Under the pieces are notes generated by a model that was given only the letters and a program-made list of their open reading frames with translations, ran no database searches and was not told the DNA's origin. From Candidatus Eiseniibacteriota bacterium (GTDB taxonomy: Bacteria; Eisenbacteria; RBG-16-71-46), in NCBI GenBank assembly GCA_044223005.1, contig JBGAML010000010.1:1-64000 (forward strand): a stretch of DNA of 64,000 nucleotides, written 5' to 3'. Made by a program: the position numbers and the translations under genes. Shown one piece after another: positions 20,959-31,415 of this stretch; position 1 is the first letter of the stretch, and each line of letters begins with the position of its first letter.

Positions 20959-21324
20959 GTGAAGCCCGTCCTCGCCATCGTTCCCGACCTGTTCTTCGCC
21001 GAAAAGCTCGCCGCCACCGCGCGGGCGAGCGGCATCGACCTGCGCTTCACGGCCCCGGCGGAGGCGCCGGCGCGCTGCGCCGCCGAACCGCCGGCGCGCG
21101 TGCTGGTGGACCTGCACGCTCCCGGCGCGCTCGATGCGGTGCGTGCACTGTCGGGGCTGGACGCGGCGCGCGGAATCCCCGTGATCGGTTTCTACTCCCA
21201 CGTCGAGACGTCGCTGCGGCAGCAGGCGCTGTCCGCGGGCGTCACCGAAGCGCTGCCGCGGTCGGCGTTCGTCGCGCGGCTGCCGGCGCTGCTCGGCGCG
21301 GCCGGGCAGGACTCCGAGGACTGA
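20959..21324 (+). CDS. Atypical stand-alone receiver (CheY-like) domain protein
   Basis: VLAIVPDLFF...VLVDL...VIGFYSHV...AGVTEALPRS receiver-like layout. Confidence 0.6.
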   Translation: MKPVLAIVPDLFFAEKLAATARASGIDLRFTAPAEAPARCAAEPPARVLVDLHAPGALDAVRALSGLDAARGIPVIGFYSHVETSLRQQALSAGVTEALPRSAFVARLPALLGAAGQDSED

Positions 21325-21325
21325 C

Positions 21326-21760
21326 ATGCATCCGCTGATCGTGGAACTCGAGACCGATCTCGAACGCATCGTGCGCGGCATGCGCAGCGTGGCCGTGGTC
21401 GGCATCAAGGGCGCCAACCGCCCCGACGAACCCGCGTACACCATTCCCGCGATGCTCGCCGAGCAGGGCCGCGAGGTCATCGGGATCAACCCGACACTGC
21501 CCGAGGCCCTGGGCCGCCCGACGCTGCCCGATGTCGCCGCGCTCGACCGCGCCGTCGACGTGCTCGACGTGTTCCGCCGCAGCGACGCGATTCCTGCGCT
21601 CGCCGACCAGCTGCTCGCGCTGCCCGCCGAGCGCCGGCCCAAGGTGGTCTGGCTGCAGACGGGCATCCGCCACGACGAGGCGGCGCAGAGGCTCGCCGAG
21701 GGCGGCATGCAGGTGGTGCAGGACCGCTGCCTGGGCGTCTACGCCCGCCGCTACGCCTGA
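21326..21760 (+). CDS. CoA-binding protein (YccU family)
   Basis: SVAVVG, VIGINP, DVLDVFRRS, VVWLQTGI, VVQDRC. Confidence 0.9.
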   Translation: MHPLIVELETDLERIVRGMRSVAVVGIKGANRPDEPAYTIPAMLAEQGREVIGINPTLPEALGRPTLPDVAALDRAVDVLDVFRRSDAIPALADQLLALPAERRPKVVWLQTGIRHDEAAQRLAEGGMQVVQDRCLGVYARRYA

Positions 21761-21886
21761 CGAGCGGCCGCTGGCCGCGCGTTCGGCCCGGGCCCTATAC
21801 TCCGCCCGCTCGAATACGACGGCGCGCGCGAGGGCCGCGCGGCGCGCCCGGCGCAAGAACCCGCGCGGCGATCCCGGAGCGGTTCC

Positions 21887-22054
21887 ATGAACTCGAACAC
21901 CACGCCGCCGGCGAACGGCGAGCGCGTGCGCATCTCCTGCCCCGGCTGCGGGCGCCACGACTGGGTGACCTGGCCTGCCGGCGCGGAGACGCTGCGCCAC
22001 AAGTGCTTCAACTGCGGCAAGGAGTCGCAGCTCTCGGCCGCTCACGGCCACTGA
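21887..22054 (+). CDS. Small 55-aa zinc-ribbon protein (absent from the ORF track)
   Basis: MNSNTTPPANGERVRISCPGCGRHDWVTWPAGAETLRHKCFNCGKESQLSAAHGH: CxxC...CxxC; GGAG RBS; fills the intergenic gap. Confidence 0.65.
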   Translation: MNSNTTPPANGERVRISCPGCGRHDWVTWPAGAETLRHKCFNCGKESQLSAAHGH

Positions 22055-22094
22055 CCGCGCGTTCCGGCCGCGTGCGCGCACCGGAGGAATCCTC

Positions 22095-22850
22095 ATGAAG
22101 CGCACGCACGCCCTCGTCGTCGTGCTGCTCGCGATCCCGCTCCTCGCCGCGCACGCGACCATCCCCGCGAAGGCGCCGGCCGCGAACGCCGTCGCGCACC
22201 AGGTCATGGACGCGCTCGGCGGCAAGGCGCGTTGGGACGCGCTGCCGGGCCTGCAGTGGACGTTCCGCGCCGTGCGGCACGACAGCGTGAAGGCGCTGCG
22301 GCGGCACGCGTGGGAGAAGGCGACCGGGCGGCATCGCGTCGAAGGCTCGCTGCCCGACGGCCGGCGGTTCACGATCGTGGGCACGCTGGGCGATTCGCTG
22401 CACGGGGCCGCGTGGCTCGACGGCCGCGCGCTGCACGGCGATTCGCTGAAGACCATGCTGCGCCAGGGCTACGCGATGTGGGTCAACGACAGCTACTGGT
22501 TCCTGATGCCGTACAAGCTGCTCGATCCCGGCGCGCATCTCGTCGCCGACGGCACCACGACGGATCACGGCACCCGGTACGACGTGCTGTCGCTGACCTT
22601 CGACCACGTCGGCCTCACGCCCGGCGACCACTACTGGGTGTACGTGAACGCGGCCAGCCACCGCGTCGAACGCTGGACGATGGTGCTGCAGGGCCGCCAG
22701 CCCCCGCCGGTCGCGTACACGTGGGAAGGCTGGGAGCAGCACGACGGGTTGTGGTTCCCGACGAAGCACCACGGCGACCAGCTCGACGTGTACACGGACG
22801 ACGTGAAGACGGTGAAGCAGTTCCCGCCCCGGACATTCGATGCCCGCTGA
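22095..22850 (+). CDS. Secreted hypothetical protein (possibly LolA-like beta fold)
   Basis: Signal peptide, GGAGG RBS; ALGGKARW, WVNDSYWFLMPYKL, VGLTPGDHYW. Confidence 0.7.
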   Translation: MKRTHALVVVLLAIPLLAAHATIPAKAPAANAVAHQVMDALGGKARWDALPGLQWTFRAVRHDSVKALRRHAWEKATGRHRVEGSLPDGRRFTIVGTLGDSLHGAAWLDGRALHGDSLKTMLRQGYAMWVNDSYWFLMPYKLLDPGAHLVADGTTTDHGTRYDVLSLTFDHVGLTPGDHYWVYVNAASHRVERWTMVLQGRQPPPVAYTWEGWEQHDGLWFPTKHHGDQLDVYTDDVKTVKQFPPRTFDAR

Positions 22851-23517
22851 AGCCCCGACCGCGATTCGCGTCGCCGAGCTCTTCCATTCGCTCCAGGGCG
22901 AGGGCCTCTCGACCGGCGTGCCGGCGCACTTCCTCCGCCTGCAGGGCTGCGACGTGGGCTGCCGCTGGTGCGATACGAAGTACACCTGGGATCCCGCCGG
23001 CGGGACCGCGACGACCGTGGACCGCGCGCTCGCCGACCTGCGCGCACTCGGCGCCGCGGACCTGCTCGTGGTGACGGGCGGCGAGCCGCTCGCGCACCCG
23101 GGCGTCGCGGACCTGCTCGCGGCGGCGCTCGAAGGCTGGGCGCGCGTCGAGGTGGAAACCAGCGGCCTCGTGGCGCCGTCGCGCCCGCACCCGCGCCTCC
23201 ATTACAATGTGTCGCCCAAGCTGCCCTCGGCGACCGCGCGCTGGCTCGAGACCTGGGCCCACGCCGACGCGTTCGCCGCCGACCCCAACACCACCTTCAA
23301 GCTCGTGATCGGCGGCCCGACCGACGCCACCGACGCCCTGGCGCTCGTCCGCGAGCGGGCGCTGCCCCGGAACCGCACCATGCTCATGCCCGAAGGCCTC
23401 ACCGACGACGCTCTGCGCGAGCGAGCGCGCGAACTCGCCGACCTCTGCCGCCGCGAGAACCTGCGGCTCACCCCGCGCCTGCACGTCTGGCTGTGGGGCG
23501 CGAAGCGGGGCGTCTGA
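22840..23517 (+). CDS. queE: 7-carboxy-7-deazaguanine synthase (radical SAM)
   Basis: [44 protein letters not shown]. Confidence 0.92.
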   Translation: MPAEAPTAIRVAELFHSLQGEGLSTGVPAHFLRLQGCDVGCRWCDTKYTWDPAGGTATTVDRALADLRALGAADLLVVTGGEPLAHPGVADLLAAALEGWARVEVETSGLVAPSRPHPRLHYNVSPKLPSATARWLETWAHADAFAADPNTTFKLVIGGPTDATDALALVRERALPRNRTMLMPEGLTDDALRERARELADLCRRENLRLTPRLHVWLWGAKRGV

Positions 23518-24212
23518 TGAAGCGCGCCGTCGTCATGCTCTCGGGCGGGCTCGATTCCGCCACCTGCCTCGCATGGGCCCGCGCCGAAGGCTTCGAGACG
23601 TACTCGCTCGCGTTCGACTACGGCCAGCGCCACCGCGTGGAGCTCGCCGCCGCGGAACGCGTCGCCGCCGCGCTCGGCGCGCGCGAGCACCGCGTGGTGC
23701 GCATCGACCTGTCGGCGATCGGCGGCTCGGCGCTCACCGCCGACCTCGACGTTCCCAAGGGCCGCGACGAGCAGGCCATGGGCGCCGACGTCCCGATCAC
23801 CTACGTCCCGGCGCGCAACACGGTCTTCCTCGCCGTCGCGCTCGGCTGGGCCGAAGTGCTGGGCGCCGCCGACCTCGTCGCGGGCATGAACGCCGTCGAC
23901 TACTCCGGCTACCCGGACTGCCGCCCCGAGTTCGTGCGCGCGTTCGAATCCGTCGCCAACCTCGCGACCCGCGCGGGCATCGAGGGCACGCGCTTCACGG
24001 TGCACACGCCGCTCATGGCGCTCGACAAGGCCGGCATCATTCGGCTCGGCGTGTCGCTGGGCGTCGACTACGGCCTCACGCACTCGTGCTACGATCCTGC
24101 CCCCGACGGCCGCGCCTGCGGCGGTTGCGATTCCTGCCGGCTGCGCGCGCGTGGTTTCCGTGCGGCCGGCGTTCCCGATCCCACGCGCTACGTCCATCCA
24201 CCCGAGGCCTGA
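23517..24212 (+). CDS. queC: 7-cyano-7-deazaguanine synthase
   Basis: [39 protein letters not shown]. Confidence 0.96.
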   Translation: MKRAVVMLSGGLDSATCLAWARAEGFETYSLAFDYGQRHRVELAAAERVAAALGAREHRVVRIDLSAIGGSALTADLDVPKGRDEQAMGADVPITYVPARNTVFLAVALGWAEVLGAADLVAGMNAVDYSGYPDCRPEFVRAFESVANLATRAGIEGTRFTVHTPLMALDKAGIIRLGVSLGVDYGLTHSCYDPAPDGRACGGCDSCRLRARGFRAAGVPDPTRYVHPPEA

Positions 24213-24216
24213 TTCC

Positions 24217-24582
24217 TTGCGCGTCGAGCTCACCAAGACGTTCCGATTCGAATCGGCGCACCGCCTGCCCATGGTGCCGCCGACCCACAAGTGTCACCGC
24301 GTGCACGGGCACTCGTACGTGATCGAGATCGCCGTGGCCGGCGAAGTCGACCCGGCCATGGGCTGGCTCGTGGACTTCGGCGAGATCGCGGCGAAGGTGG
24401 ACCCGGTCCTGAAGGCGGAACTGGACCACCGCCTGCTCAACGACGTTCCGGGTCTGGAGAACGCCACGTCGGAGGTGCTCGCGGGCTGGTTGTGGAAGCG
24501 GCTGCAGCCGCTGGTCCCGCACATGGCGGCGATCACCGTCCACGAAACCTGCACGGCGCGCTGCACCTACCGCGGCGAGTGA
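24217..24582 (+). CDS. queD: 6-carboxy-5,6,7,8-tetrahydropterin synthase
   Basis: FESAHRLP, CHRVHGHSY, LDHRLLN, ENATSE, VHET; TTG start. Confidence 0.93.
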   Translation: MRVELTKTFRFESAHRLPMVPPTHKCHRVHGHSYVIEIAVAGEVDPAMGWLVDFGEIAAKVDPVLKAELDHRLLNDVPGLENATSEVLAGWLWKRLQPLVPHMAAITVHETCTARCTYRGE

Positions 24583-24687
24583 CCTTTCCGGCTCCACGGT
24601 TGTCCGGAACCTGACGCAGCGCCGGGAAGGCATTCCGCATCCCGAGCGTAGAGAACATGGTCAGTCCGTCGAGTTCCCGCCATATCC

Positions 24688-24715
24688 CTCAAGAGCAGTA
24701 CGGGCGGGCCGATGC
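24688..24715 (+). promoter_or_regulatory. sigma28-like promoter
   Basis: CTCAA-N15-GCCGATGC upstream of the epimerase gene. Confidence 0.5.
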
Positions 24716-24799
24716 TAGGGTCCAAACGGGTGCGCGCCGCACGTGCGACGCCACGCCGAACGAGATCAGGGGCCGGGACACCGGCCAGGGAGAACCGTC

Positions 24800-25714
24800 A
24801 TGAAGCACCGCGTTTTCGTCACGGGAGCCACGGGATACCTCGGCAGCGCGATCGCCGAGCGCGCCGTCCGCGCCGGCCACGACGTCTGGGGCCTGACGCG
24901 CGACGAGGATCGCGCCCGTTCGCTGGAGGCGCGTGGCGTCCGCCCCGTGATCGGCGATCTCGCCGACCCGACCGAATGGACGGGCACGCTGCAGAACTGC
25001 GACGTGGTGATCCACGCGGCGTTCGACTCCGAGAACGGCGCCTCCGACGCCGACGCCAACGCGCTCGACGCCATCCGCACCGCCGCGCTCGACGGCCGCG
25101 TGCGCCGGCTGCTCTACACGAGCGGCATCTGGGTGCACGGTCCGAGCCGCACGCCGATCGACGAGACGGCGCCGCTGCGCGCGCTGGAACTGGTGCAGTG
25201 GCGCGTCGCGCACGAGCAGATCGCGCTCGACCTGTCGATGCACGAGGTGGCGACGGTCGTGCTGCGCCCCGCGATGGTCTACGGCGAAGGCCGCGGCATC
25301 CTCGGCGCGTGGTTCGCCGAGGCGCACGACCACAAGACGCTCACGTACCCCGGCGACGGCTCGCAACACTGGCCGATGGTGCACCGCGACGACGTCGCGG
25401 ACGCCTACCTGCTGGCGCTCGAGCACGGCAAGCACGGTGATCACTACCTGCTCGCCGACGAATCGCACTACACGGTGAAGCAGCTCGCGCAGGCGGCCGC
25501 CGCCGCAGCGGGCGTCCCGGCGAAGCCGTGGCCCGCGGACGAGCTGGTCGCCAAGCTCGGCGTCTACGGCAAGGCGCTGCTCAACGACGCCCAGGTCACC
25601 TCGGCCAAGGCGCGCCGCGAGCTGGGCTGGGTGCCGCGGCACACGTCGTTCGTGAACGAAGCGCCGCAGCTCTGGCGCGACTGGCAGGAAGCGCGCGCGG
25701 CCAAGGTCGCGTAG
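24800..25714 (+). CDS. NAD-dependent epimerase/dehydratase family (atypical SDR)
   Basis: VFVTGATGYLG, VIHAA, LYTSGIWVHG, RPAMVYG, VHRDDVADAY. Confidence 0.88.
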   Translation: MKHRVFVTGATGYLGSAIAERAVRAGHDVWGLTRDEDRARSLEARGVRPVIGDLADPTEWTGTLQNCDVVIHAAFDSENGASDADANALDAIRTAALDGRVRRLLYTSGIWVHGPSRTPIDETAPLRALELVQWRVAHEQIALDLSMHEVATVVLRPAMVYGEGRGILGAWFAEAHDHKTLTYPGDGSQHWPMVHRDDVADAYLLALEHGKHGDHYLLADESHYTVKQLAQAAAAAAGVPAKPWPADELVAKLGVYGKALLNDAQVTSAKARRELGWVPRHTSFVNEAPQLWRDWQEARAAKVA

Positions 25715-25738
25715 CGCGGGAATCGACGCGGTTCGCGC

Positions 25739-25776
25739 GGGCCCGGCGCCGGAAGGCGCCGGGCCCTTCGTGTTTC
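25739..25776 (+). terminator. Intrinsic terminator
   Basis: GGGCCCGGCGCC-GGAA-GGCGCCGGGCCC then TTCGTGTTTC. Confidence 0.7.
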
Positions 25777-25820
25777 GCCTGTGGCGGGGCGCCGTCACGC
25801 GCGGGTAGGCTGCCCGCGAC

Positions 25821-27614
25821 ATGAAGCCTCCCGCCCCGATCCGATTCGCCGGCATCGCGGCCGCCACCGTCCTCGCGCTGCTCGCCGTGGGCGCGATCCT
25901 CGTGCCCCGGCTCGCGGCCTCGCGCGTGCGGGCGGCCGCACGCGCACGCGGACTCGAGGCGACGTGGAGCCGGCTCGACGTGAGCTTCCCGGCGCGCGCG
26001 CACATCGAGGCGCTGCTCGTGCGCCGCATCGCCAGCGGCGAGACGCTGCTCGTCGCCGAGCGCGCCGACGTCGCGCTGCGCGCGCTGCCGCTGCTCGCCG
26101 GGCGGGCGCGCATCGCGGACGCCTCGATCGCGGGCGTACGGATCGCGCTGCCGGCGCCGAGCGCGGCGCTCGCCGACACGCTCGTGCCCGACGCCGAAGC
26201 GTCCACGCCGGCCGTCGCGCCCGCGGTGCGCGCCAAGGCCGATGCGCTCGTGCGCGCGCTGCTCGCGCCAGCGCGCTCGGCGCCGGCGCTGCACGTCCGC
26301 GACCTCGAGGTCGCACGCGGCGGCGAGCGGCGGCTCACGCTCGGCGCGCTCGACCTCACCCACGACCGCGGCGCGGAGACGATCGCCGCGCAGGGCGCGC
26401 TGCACGGCGAGACCGACACGCCGTTCGACGTGCTCGTGCGCTGGCAGCGCGACGACCGCCTCACGGCCCGTGCCGAGTTCCGGCTCGGCGCGGCCGAACC
26501 GCCGTCGCCGGCGGCGCTCGTCGTACAGCTGGCCGGCCGCGTGACCCAGGACCACCGCGCCCGTGAGCTGCGCATCGCCGAAGGCACGCGGCTCACCGTC
26601 GGCGAGCTCGCGGCCGCGATCACGGGCGTGGTCGCCGAGCGCGGGCCGCGCTTCCAACTCGCGATCGCCGCCGACGGGCTCACGGCCGGTGCGATCCTCC
26701 GCAGCGTCCCCGCGAGTGTGCTGGGCCCGCTCGCCGGCCTCGCCCTCACGGGATCGTTCGACTGGCACGGCGGCGTGGACCTCGACCTCGCGCGGCCCGA
26801 CGACGTGAGCTTCCGCGCCGACGTGATCCCGCACGGGCTCGCGTTGGACCCGGCGCTCTCGCGCCCGTCCCTGGCGGCGCTCGCGGGGCCGTTCGTCGCC
26901 CACGTACACCTGCCGCACGACCGGATCGTCGACCGCGCGATGTCGGACGCGAACCCGCACTTCCGCACGCTGGATCGCATCAGCCCGTTCTTGCGCGACG
27001 CCGTGGTCACCAACGAGGACGGCGGCTTCTGGAAGCACCGCGGCTTCAACACCGAAGCGATCGGCAGCGCGCTCGCCGACAACCTGCGCGCGGGCCGTTA
27101 CAAGCGCGGCGCCGGCACGATCACGATGCAGCTCGCGCGCAATCTCTGGCTCGGGCACCGGCGCACGCTCTCGCGCAAGGCGCAGGAAGTGGCGCTCACG
27201 TGGCTGCTCGAACACCAGGGCGGCGTCGCCAAGGAGCGGCTGCTCGAGATCTACTTGAACGCCATCGAGTGGGGCCCCGACGTGTTCGGCGCCGACGAGG
27301 CCGCGCAGTACTACTTCGCCGAGGACGCCTCGCAGCTCTCGCTGGCCGAGGCGCTCTTCCTCACGATCGTCGTGCCGAGCCCGACCAAGTGGAAGTGGCG
27401 CTTCGCGCCCGACGGCACCCTGCGCCCCTTCGCCCGCGCGCAGATGCGGTTCATCGCCGGGAAGATGGCGAGCAAGGGCTGGCTGGATCCCGCCCGCGTG
27501 CCGCCCGCGGATTCGCTGCACGTGACGCTGCGCGGGCCGGCGCGGGCGCTGTTCGCGGCGCCGGATTCGGCGGTCGGCGCACCGGCGGACACCGCGGCGG
27601 CGATCGCCACCTGA
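25821..27614 (+). CDS. Monofunctional peptidoglycan transglycosylase (GT51) with long AsmA-like N-terminal region
   Basis: NEDGGFWKHRG, GAGTITMQLARNL, RKAQE, KERLLEIYLNAIEWG; no transpeptidase domain. Confidence 0.88.
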   Translation: MKPPAPIRFAGIAAATVLALLAVGAILVPRLAASRVRAAARARGLEATWSRLDVSFPARAHIEALLVRRIASGETLLVAERADVALRALPLLAGRARIADASIAGVRIALPAPSAALADTLVPDAEASTPAVAPAVRAKADALVRALLAPARSAPALHVRDLEVARGGERRLTLGALDLTHDRGAETIAAQGALHGETDTPFDVLVRWQRDDRLTARAEFRLGAAEPPSPAALVVQLAGRVTQDHRARELRIAEGTRLTVGELAAAITGVVAERGPRFQLAIAADGLTAGAILRSVPASVLGPLAGLALTGSFDWHGGVDLDLARPDDVSFRADVIPHGLALDPALSRPSLAALAGPFVAHVHLPHDRIVDRAMSDANPHFRTLDRISPFLRDAVVTNEDGGFWKHRGFNTEAIGSALADNLRAGRYKRGAGTITMQLARNLWLGHRRTLSRKAQEVALTWLLEHQGGVAKERLLEIYLNAIEWGPDVFGADEAAQYYFAEDASQLSLAEALFLTIVVPSPTKWKWRFAPDGTLRPFARAQMRFIAGKMASKGWLDPARVPPADSLHVTLRGPARALFAAPDSAVGAPADTAAAIAT

Positions 27615-27720
27615 GCGGCCGGTCGGGCGCTTCCCGCCCGGAGGCGGGAGCGGACGGCGCGCGGCTGCCCCTGCTATGCTGCCGCCCCTCTCGATCCGCC
27701 CACGAGCCCGCGAGCCCCGA

Positions 27721-30700
27721 ATGAGCCGAGCCCCGCTCTACGAGTTCCATCTCTCCCGCGCCGCGCGCGAACGCTGCCGGTTCGACGGCATGCTGTTCGC
27801 GCAGACGGGACGGCTCGTGCTCGGCGATCCGGCCGCCGCACGCCGGCTCGCCGCGGCGCTGACGCGCGCGCGAGGCGGCGCGCCGGTGGCCTCGGGCGCG
27901 GACATCTACGCGATCGGGCTGCTCGACGAGGCCTTCCACCTCGCGGTCGCGAAGTACCGCGAGAGCCACGACCCGCGCGCGTGGCTCGACGCGCTGCCGT
28001 GGTTCGCCGCGCGCCTCGGGCACGAACGGTTCGAAGCGACGCTGCGGCGCTTCTGCGAGGACTTCCCGCCGCTGGTCGTGCACCGCGGCACGCAGTCCGC
28101 CGCGGAGTGGCTCGCGGCCGAGACCGGCGGCGTGCCGCACCGCGCCGTCGCGCTCGAGGAACTGGTGATGCTGTGGCTCGGCAACGCCAACCCCGCGTGC
28201 GGCGCCTATCGCGAACTGTTCGACGATCGCACGCTCGTGCAGGAGACGGGCTACGCGACGCTGGTCGCTTCGCTGCGCGAGTACTTCGAGACGCGGCCGC
28301 GGTTCGGGCCCGAACAGGCGAACCTCGTCGACTTCCTGCGCGCGCCCATGGCCGCGGCGCCGGAGTCGCTGTTCGCGCAGCTCGACTGGTTGCGCGAACG
28401 CTGGGCGTGGCTGCTCGGCGACCTGCTCACCCGCGTGCTGGTCGCGCTCGACGTGCTGCGCGAGGAAGCGCGCTGGTTCGAGTCACGCGAACACGCGCGC
28501 CGGCTCGCGGCGGAGCGCCACTTCGGCGGCGACTCGGGCCCCGGCGCGATCCCGCACTTCGGTACGCGCGACGTGGAATACGAACGCTTCAGCCGCGACG
28601 AGCACTGGATGCCCGAATGCGTGCTCATGGCCAAGAGCACCTACGTGTGGCTCGACCAGCTCGCGCGCCAGTACAAGCGTCCCGTCACACGCCTCGACGA
28701 GGTCCCCGACGAGGAGCTCGACCGCCTCGCGGCTTTCGGGATCACGGGCCTCTGGCTGATCGGCCTCTGGGAGCGGAGCCGCGCGTCGCAGCGCATCAAG
28801 CAGCTCTGCGGCAATCCCGATGCCGCCGCGTCGGCCTACTCGCTCTACGACTACACGATCGCCGCCGACCTGGGCGGCGAGGACGCATGGCGTTCGTTGC
28901 GCGACCGCGCCGCCGCGCGCGGCGTGCGGCTCGCGAGCGACATGGTGCCGAACCACATGGGCCTCGATTCGCGCTGGGTGGTCGAGCACCCCGAGTGGTT
29001 CCTGTCGCTGCCGCACAGCCCGTATCCCGCCTATACATTCGACGGCCCGGACCTCTCCGGCGACGCGCGCGTCGAGATCAAGATCGAGGACCACTACTTC
29101 GACCGCTCGGACGCGGCCGTGGTGTTCCGCCGTCACGACCGCTGGAACGGCGACACGCGTTTCATCTACCACGGCAACGACGGCACCAGCTTCCCGTGGA
29201 ACGACACGGCGCAGGTCGACTACCTGAACCCGGCGGCGCGCGAGCACGTGATCCAGGTGATCCTCGACGTCGCGCGGCACTTCCCGATCATCCGCTTCGA
29301 TGCCGCGATGACGCTCGCGCGCCGTCACGTGCAGCGGCTGTGGTTCCCGGAGCCCGGCGCGGGTGGTGCGATTCCGTCGCGCGCCGAGCACGGCATGCCC
29401 GCCGACCAGTTCGCGCAGGCGATGCCGCACGAGTTCTGGCGCGAAGTCGTGGACCGCGTCGCGGCCGAGGCCCCGGGCACACTGCTGCTCGCCGAGGCGT
29501 TCTGGCTCATGGAGGGCTACTTCGTCCGCACGCTGGGCATGCACCGCGTCTACAACAGCGCGTTCATGAACATGATGCGCGACGAGGCGAACGCGAACTA
29601 CCGCAGCGTGATCAAGAACACGCTCGAGTTCGATCCCGACATCCTGCAGCGCTACGTCAACTTCATGAACAACCCCGACGAGCGCACCGCGGTGGACCAG
29701 TTCGGCCGCGGCGAGAAGTACTTCGGCACCTGCCTCATGCTCTCCACGCTGCCCGGCCTGCCGATGTTCGGTCACGGCCAGATCGAGGGCCTCGAGGAGA
29801 AGTACGGCATGGAGTTCCGCCGCGCGCAGCGCGTCGAGGACTCCGACGAGGGCCTCGTCGCCGAGCACTGGCGGCGCATCGTGCCGCTACTGCGCCGGCG
29901 CTGGCTGTGGACGGGCGCGAGCGAGTTCCGGCTCTACGACTGCTGGAGCGAAGGCGGGTACGTCAACGAGGACGTGTTCGCGTACTCCAACCGCGCCGGC
30001 GACGAGCGTGGCGTCGTGCTCTACCACAACCGCTGGGCGACCGTGCACGGCTGGATCCGCTCCTCCGTCGCGTTCGCCGACAAGCGCGGCGAGGGCCGGC
30101 CGCTTCGCCAGGTGACGCTCGCCGAGGCCCTCGGGTTCGACCCGCACCGCGCACCATGGGTGCGCTGCCGCGACGTGGTCTCGGGTCACGAGTTCCTCTA
30201 CGACACGCACGATCTCGCGCGCCGCGGCCTGCGCGTGGAGCTGGAAGGCTACGGCTCGCGCGCGCTGCTCGATTGGCGCGAGGTGCCCGCCGACGGCCGG
30301 CCGTGGGGCGAGCTCTGCCACGCGCTCCAGGGCCAGGGCATCGCCAACCTCGACGAGCGCATGCTCGAGCACGAGCTCGCGCCCGTGCAGCACGCGTTTG
30401 CGGCCGTCGCCGCGAGCTTCCCGCTCGCCGACACCGCGGCTCCCGCCGCCCGCGCGATGCACGCCGCCGCGGCGCGGCGCACGTTCGAGGAGCGGCTGCG
30501 CGCGTTCCTCGCGCAGGCCCGCGCGTTCACGCACGGGCCCTCCGCCGCGGCCGCGGGGCTCGACCCCGCGGTGGCGTGGACCGGCGACGAAGCCGCGGCG
30601 ATCGCGGCCGCGGGCGAAGCGTTCGCTTCGCTCGCGCGACTGGCCGAGCTCGCCGCGCCGCGGCCGTGGGCCGCGGATGCCGACGCACTCGCGGCGCTGC

Positions 30701-31275
30701 CGATCGTGCCGCTCACCGGCGAAGCGGACGTACCCGCGCACGGCGGTCCGTACGCGCTCGCGCTCGCGACGCTCGCGCTCCGCGCGCTCGGCGCTACCGC
30801 CAGCCGCGAGAAGCCGCGCGAGAGGGCGACGCAGCTCTTCGACGGCCTGCGCCTGCGCGCCGGGATCCGCGAGGCGCTGCGCGCGCGCCACGTCGCGGGC
30901 GACGACGAGGATCGCTGGCGCGCCGCCGCGATGGTCCGCTCCACGTTCGCGCACGCGGCGTGGGCGCCGGGCAGCACGAGCGCCAGCGTCGAGCCCTGGC
31001 GCGACGACGCCGACGCGCGCTGGCTGATCGGCGAGCACGAAGCGGGCGGCGCGCGCTGGTTCCGGCGCGAAGCGCACGCGCGCTACACGTGGGGTTGCGT
31101 GCTGCCCGCGCTGCTCGCGCTCGCCGCCGGCGAACGCGGCGCGGCGACGCTCGAGACGATCGAGGCGTGGGTCACCGCCGAGCTCGCGCGTGCCGAGGCC
31201 ACCGCTTGGCGCTACGACGTGCTGCTCGGCGAGACGCCGGTCCCGGCGAAGCCCGAAGCGGGTCCGCTCGCCTGA
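27721..31275 (+). CDS. Large alpha-amylase family (GH13) glycoside hydrolase
   Basis: DMVPNH, RFDAAM (nucleophile), LAEAFW (acid/base), FMNNPDE, PGLPMFGHGQ. Confidence 0.88.
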   Translation: MSRAPLYEFHLSRAARERCRFDGMLFAQTGRLVLGDPAAARRLAAALTRARGGAPVASGADIYAIGLLDEAFHLAVAKYRESHDPRAWLDALPWFAARLGHERFEATLRRFCEDFPPLVVHRGTQSAAEWLAAETGGVPHRAVALEELVMLWLGNANPACGAYRELFDDRTLVQETGYATLVASLREYFETRPRFGPEQANLVDFLRAPMAAAPESLFAQLDWLRERWAWLLGDLLTRVLVALDVLREEARWFESREHARRLAAERHFGGDSGPGAIPHFGTRDVEYERFSRDEHWMPECVLMAKSTYVWLDQLARQYKRPVTRLDEVPDEELDRLAAFGITGLWLIGLWERSRASQRIKQLCGNPDAAASAYSLYDYTIAADLGGEDAWRSLRDRAAARGVRLASDMVPNHMGLDSRWVVEHPEWFLSLPHSPYPAYTFDGPDLSGDARVEIKIEDHYFDRSDAAVVFRRHDRWNGDTRFIYHGNDGTSFPWNDTAQVDYLNPAAREHVIQVILDVARHFPIIRFDAAMTLARRHVQRLWFPEPGAGGAIPSRAEHGMPADQFAQAMPHEFWREVVDRVAAEAPGTLLLAEAFWLMEGYFVRTLGMHRVYNSAFMNMMRDEANANYRSVIKNTLEFDPDILQRYVNFMNNPDERTAVDQFGRGEKYFGTCLMLSTLPGLPMFGHGQIEGLEEKYGMEFRRAQRVEDSDEGLVAEHWRRIVPLLRRRWLWTGASEFRLYDCWSEGGYVNEDVFAYSNRAGDERGVVLYHNRWATVHGWIRSSVAFADKRGEGRPLRQVTLAEALGFDPHRAPWVRCRDVVSGHEFLYDTHDLARRGLRVELEGYGSRALLDWREVPADGRPWGELCHALQGQGIANLDERMLEHELAPVQHAFAAVAASFPLADTAAPAARAMHAAAARRTFEERLRAFLAQARAFTHGPSAAAAGLDPAVAWTGDEAAAIAAAGEAFASLARLAELAAPRPWAADADALAALPIVPLTGEADVPAHGGPYALALATLALRALGATASREKPRERATQLFDGLRLRAGIREALRARHVAGDDEDRWRAAAMVRSTFAHAAWAPGSTSASVEPWRDDADARWLIGEHEAGGARWFRREAHARYTWGCVLPALLALAAGERGAATLETIEAWVTAELARAEATAWRYDVLLGETPVPAKPEAGPLA

Positions 31276-31415
31276 ACGTCGCGCCGCCCGGCAGCCGGTC
31301 GTGGCGGCGAACTCGAGTGCCCGGGCCCGGAGGTCCGATCGGGCTGGCCGGCACCACCGGTCCGGGGGTAGCGTTTCGGACGGGCCCCCGGACTTCGGCA
31401 GGAGGCAACCCCGAG

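Noticed and set aside
22840..24582. queECD as a 7-deazaguanine DNA-modification (dpd) defence island
   Set aside because: No dpdA/tgt-like, helicase or nuclease genes nearby; consistent with ordinary queuosine precursor synthesis
8532..25766. Shared GGCGCCGGGCC stems at 8532 and 25739 as a REP family
   Set aside because: Only two copies of a GC-only 11-12-mer in a very GC-rich genome; adequately explained as terminators
31312..31341. Additional sigma28-like site CTCGA-N17-TCCGATCG
   Set aside because: Both boxes and the spacing deviate from the other copies
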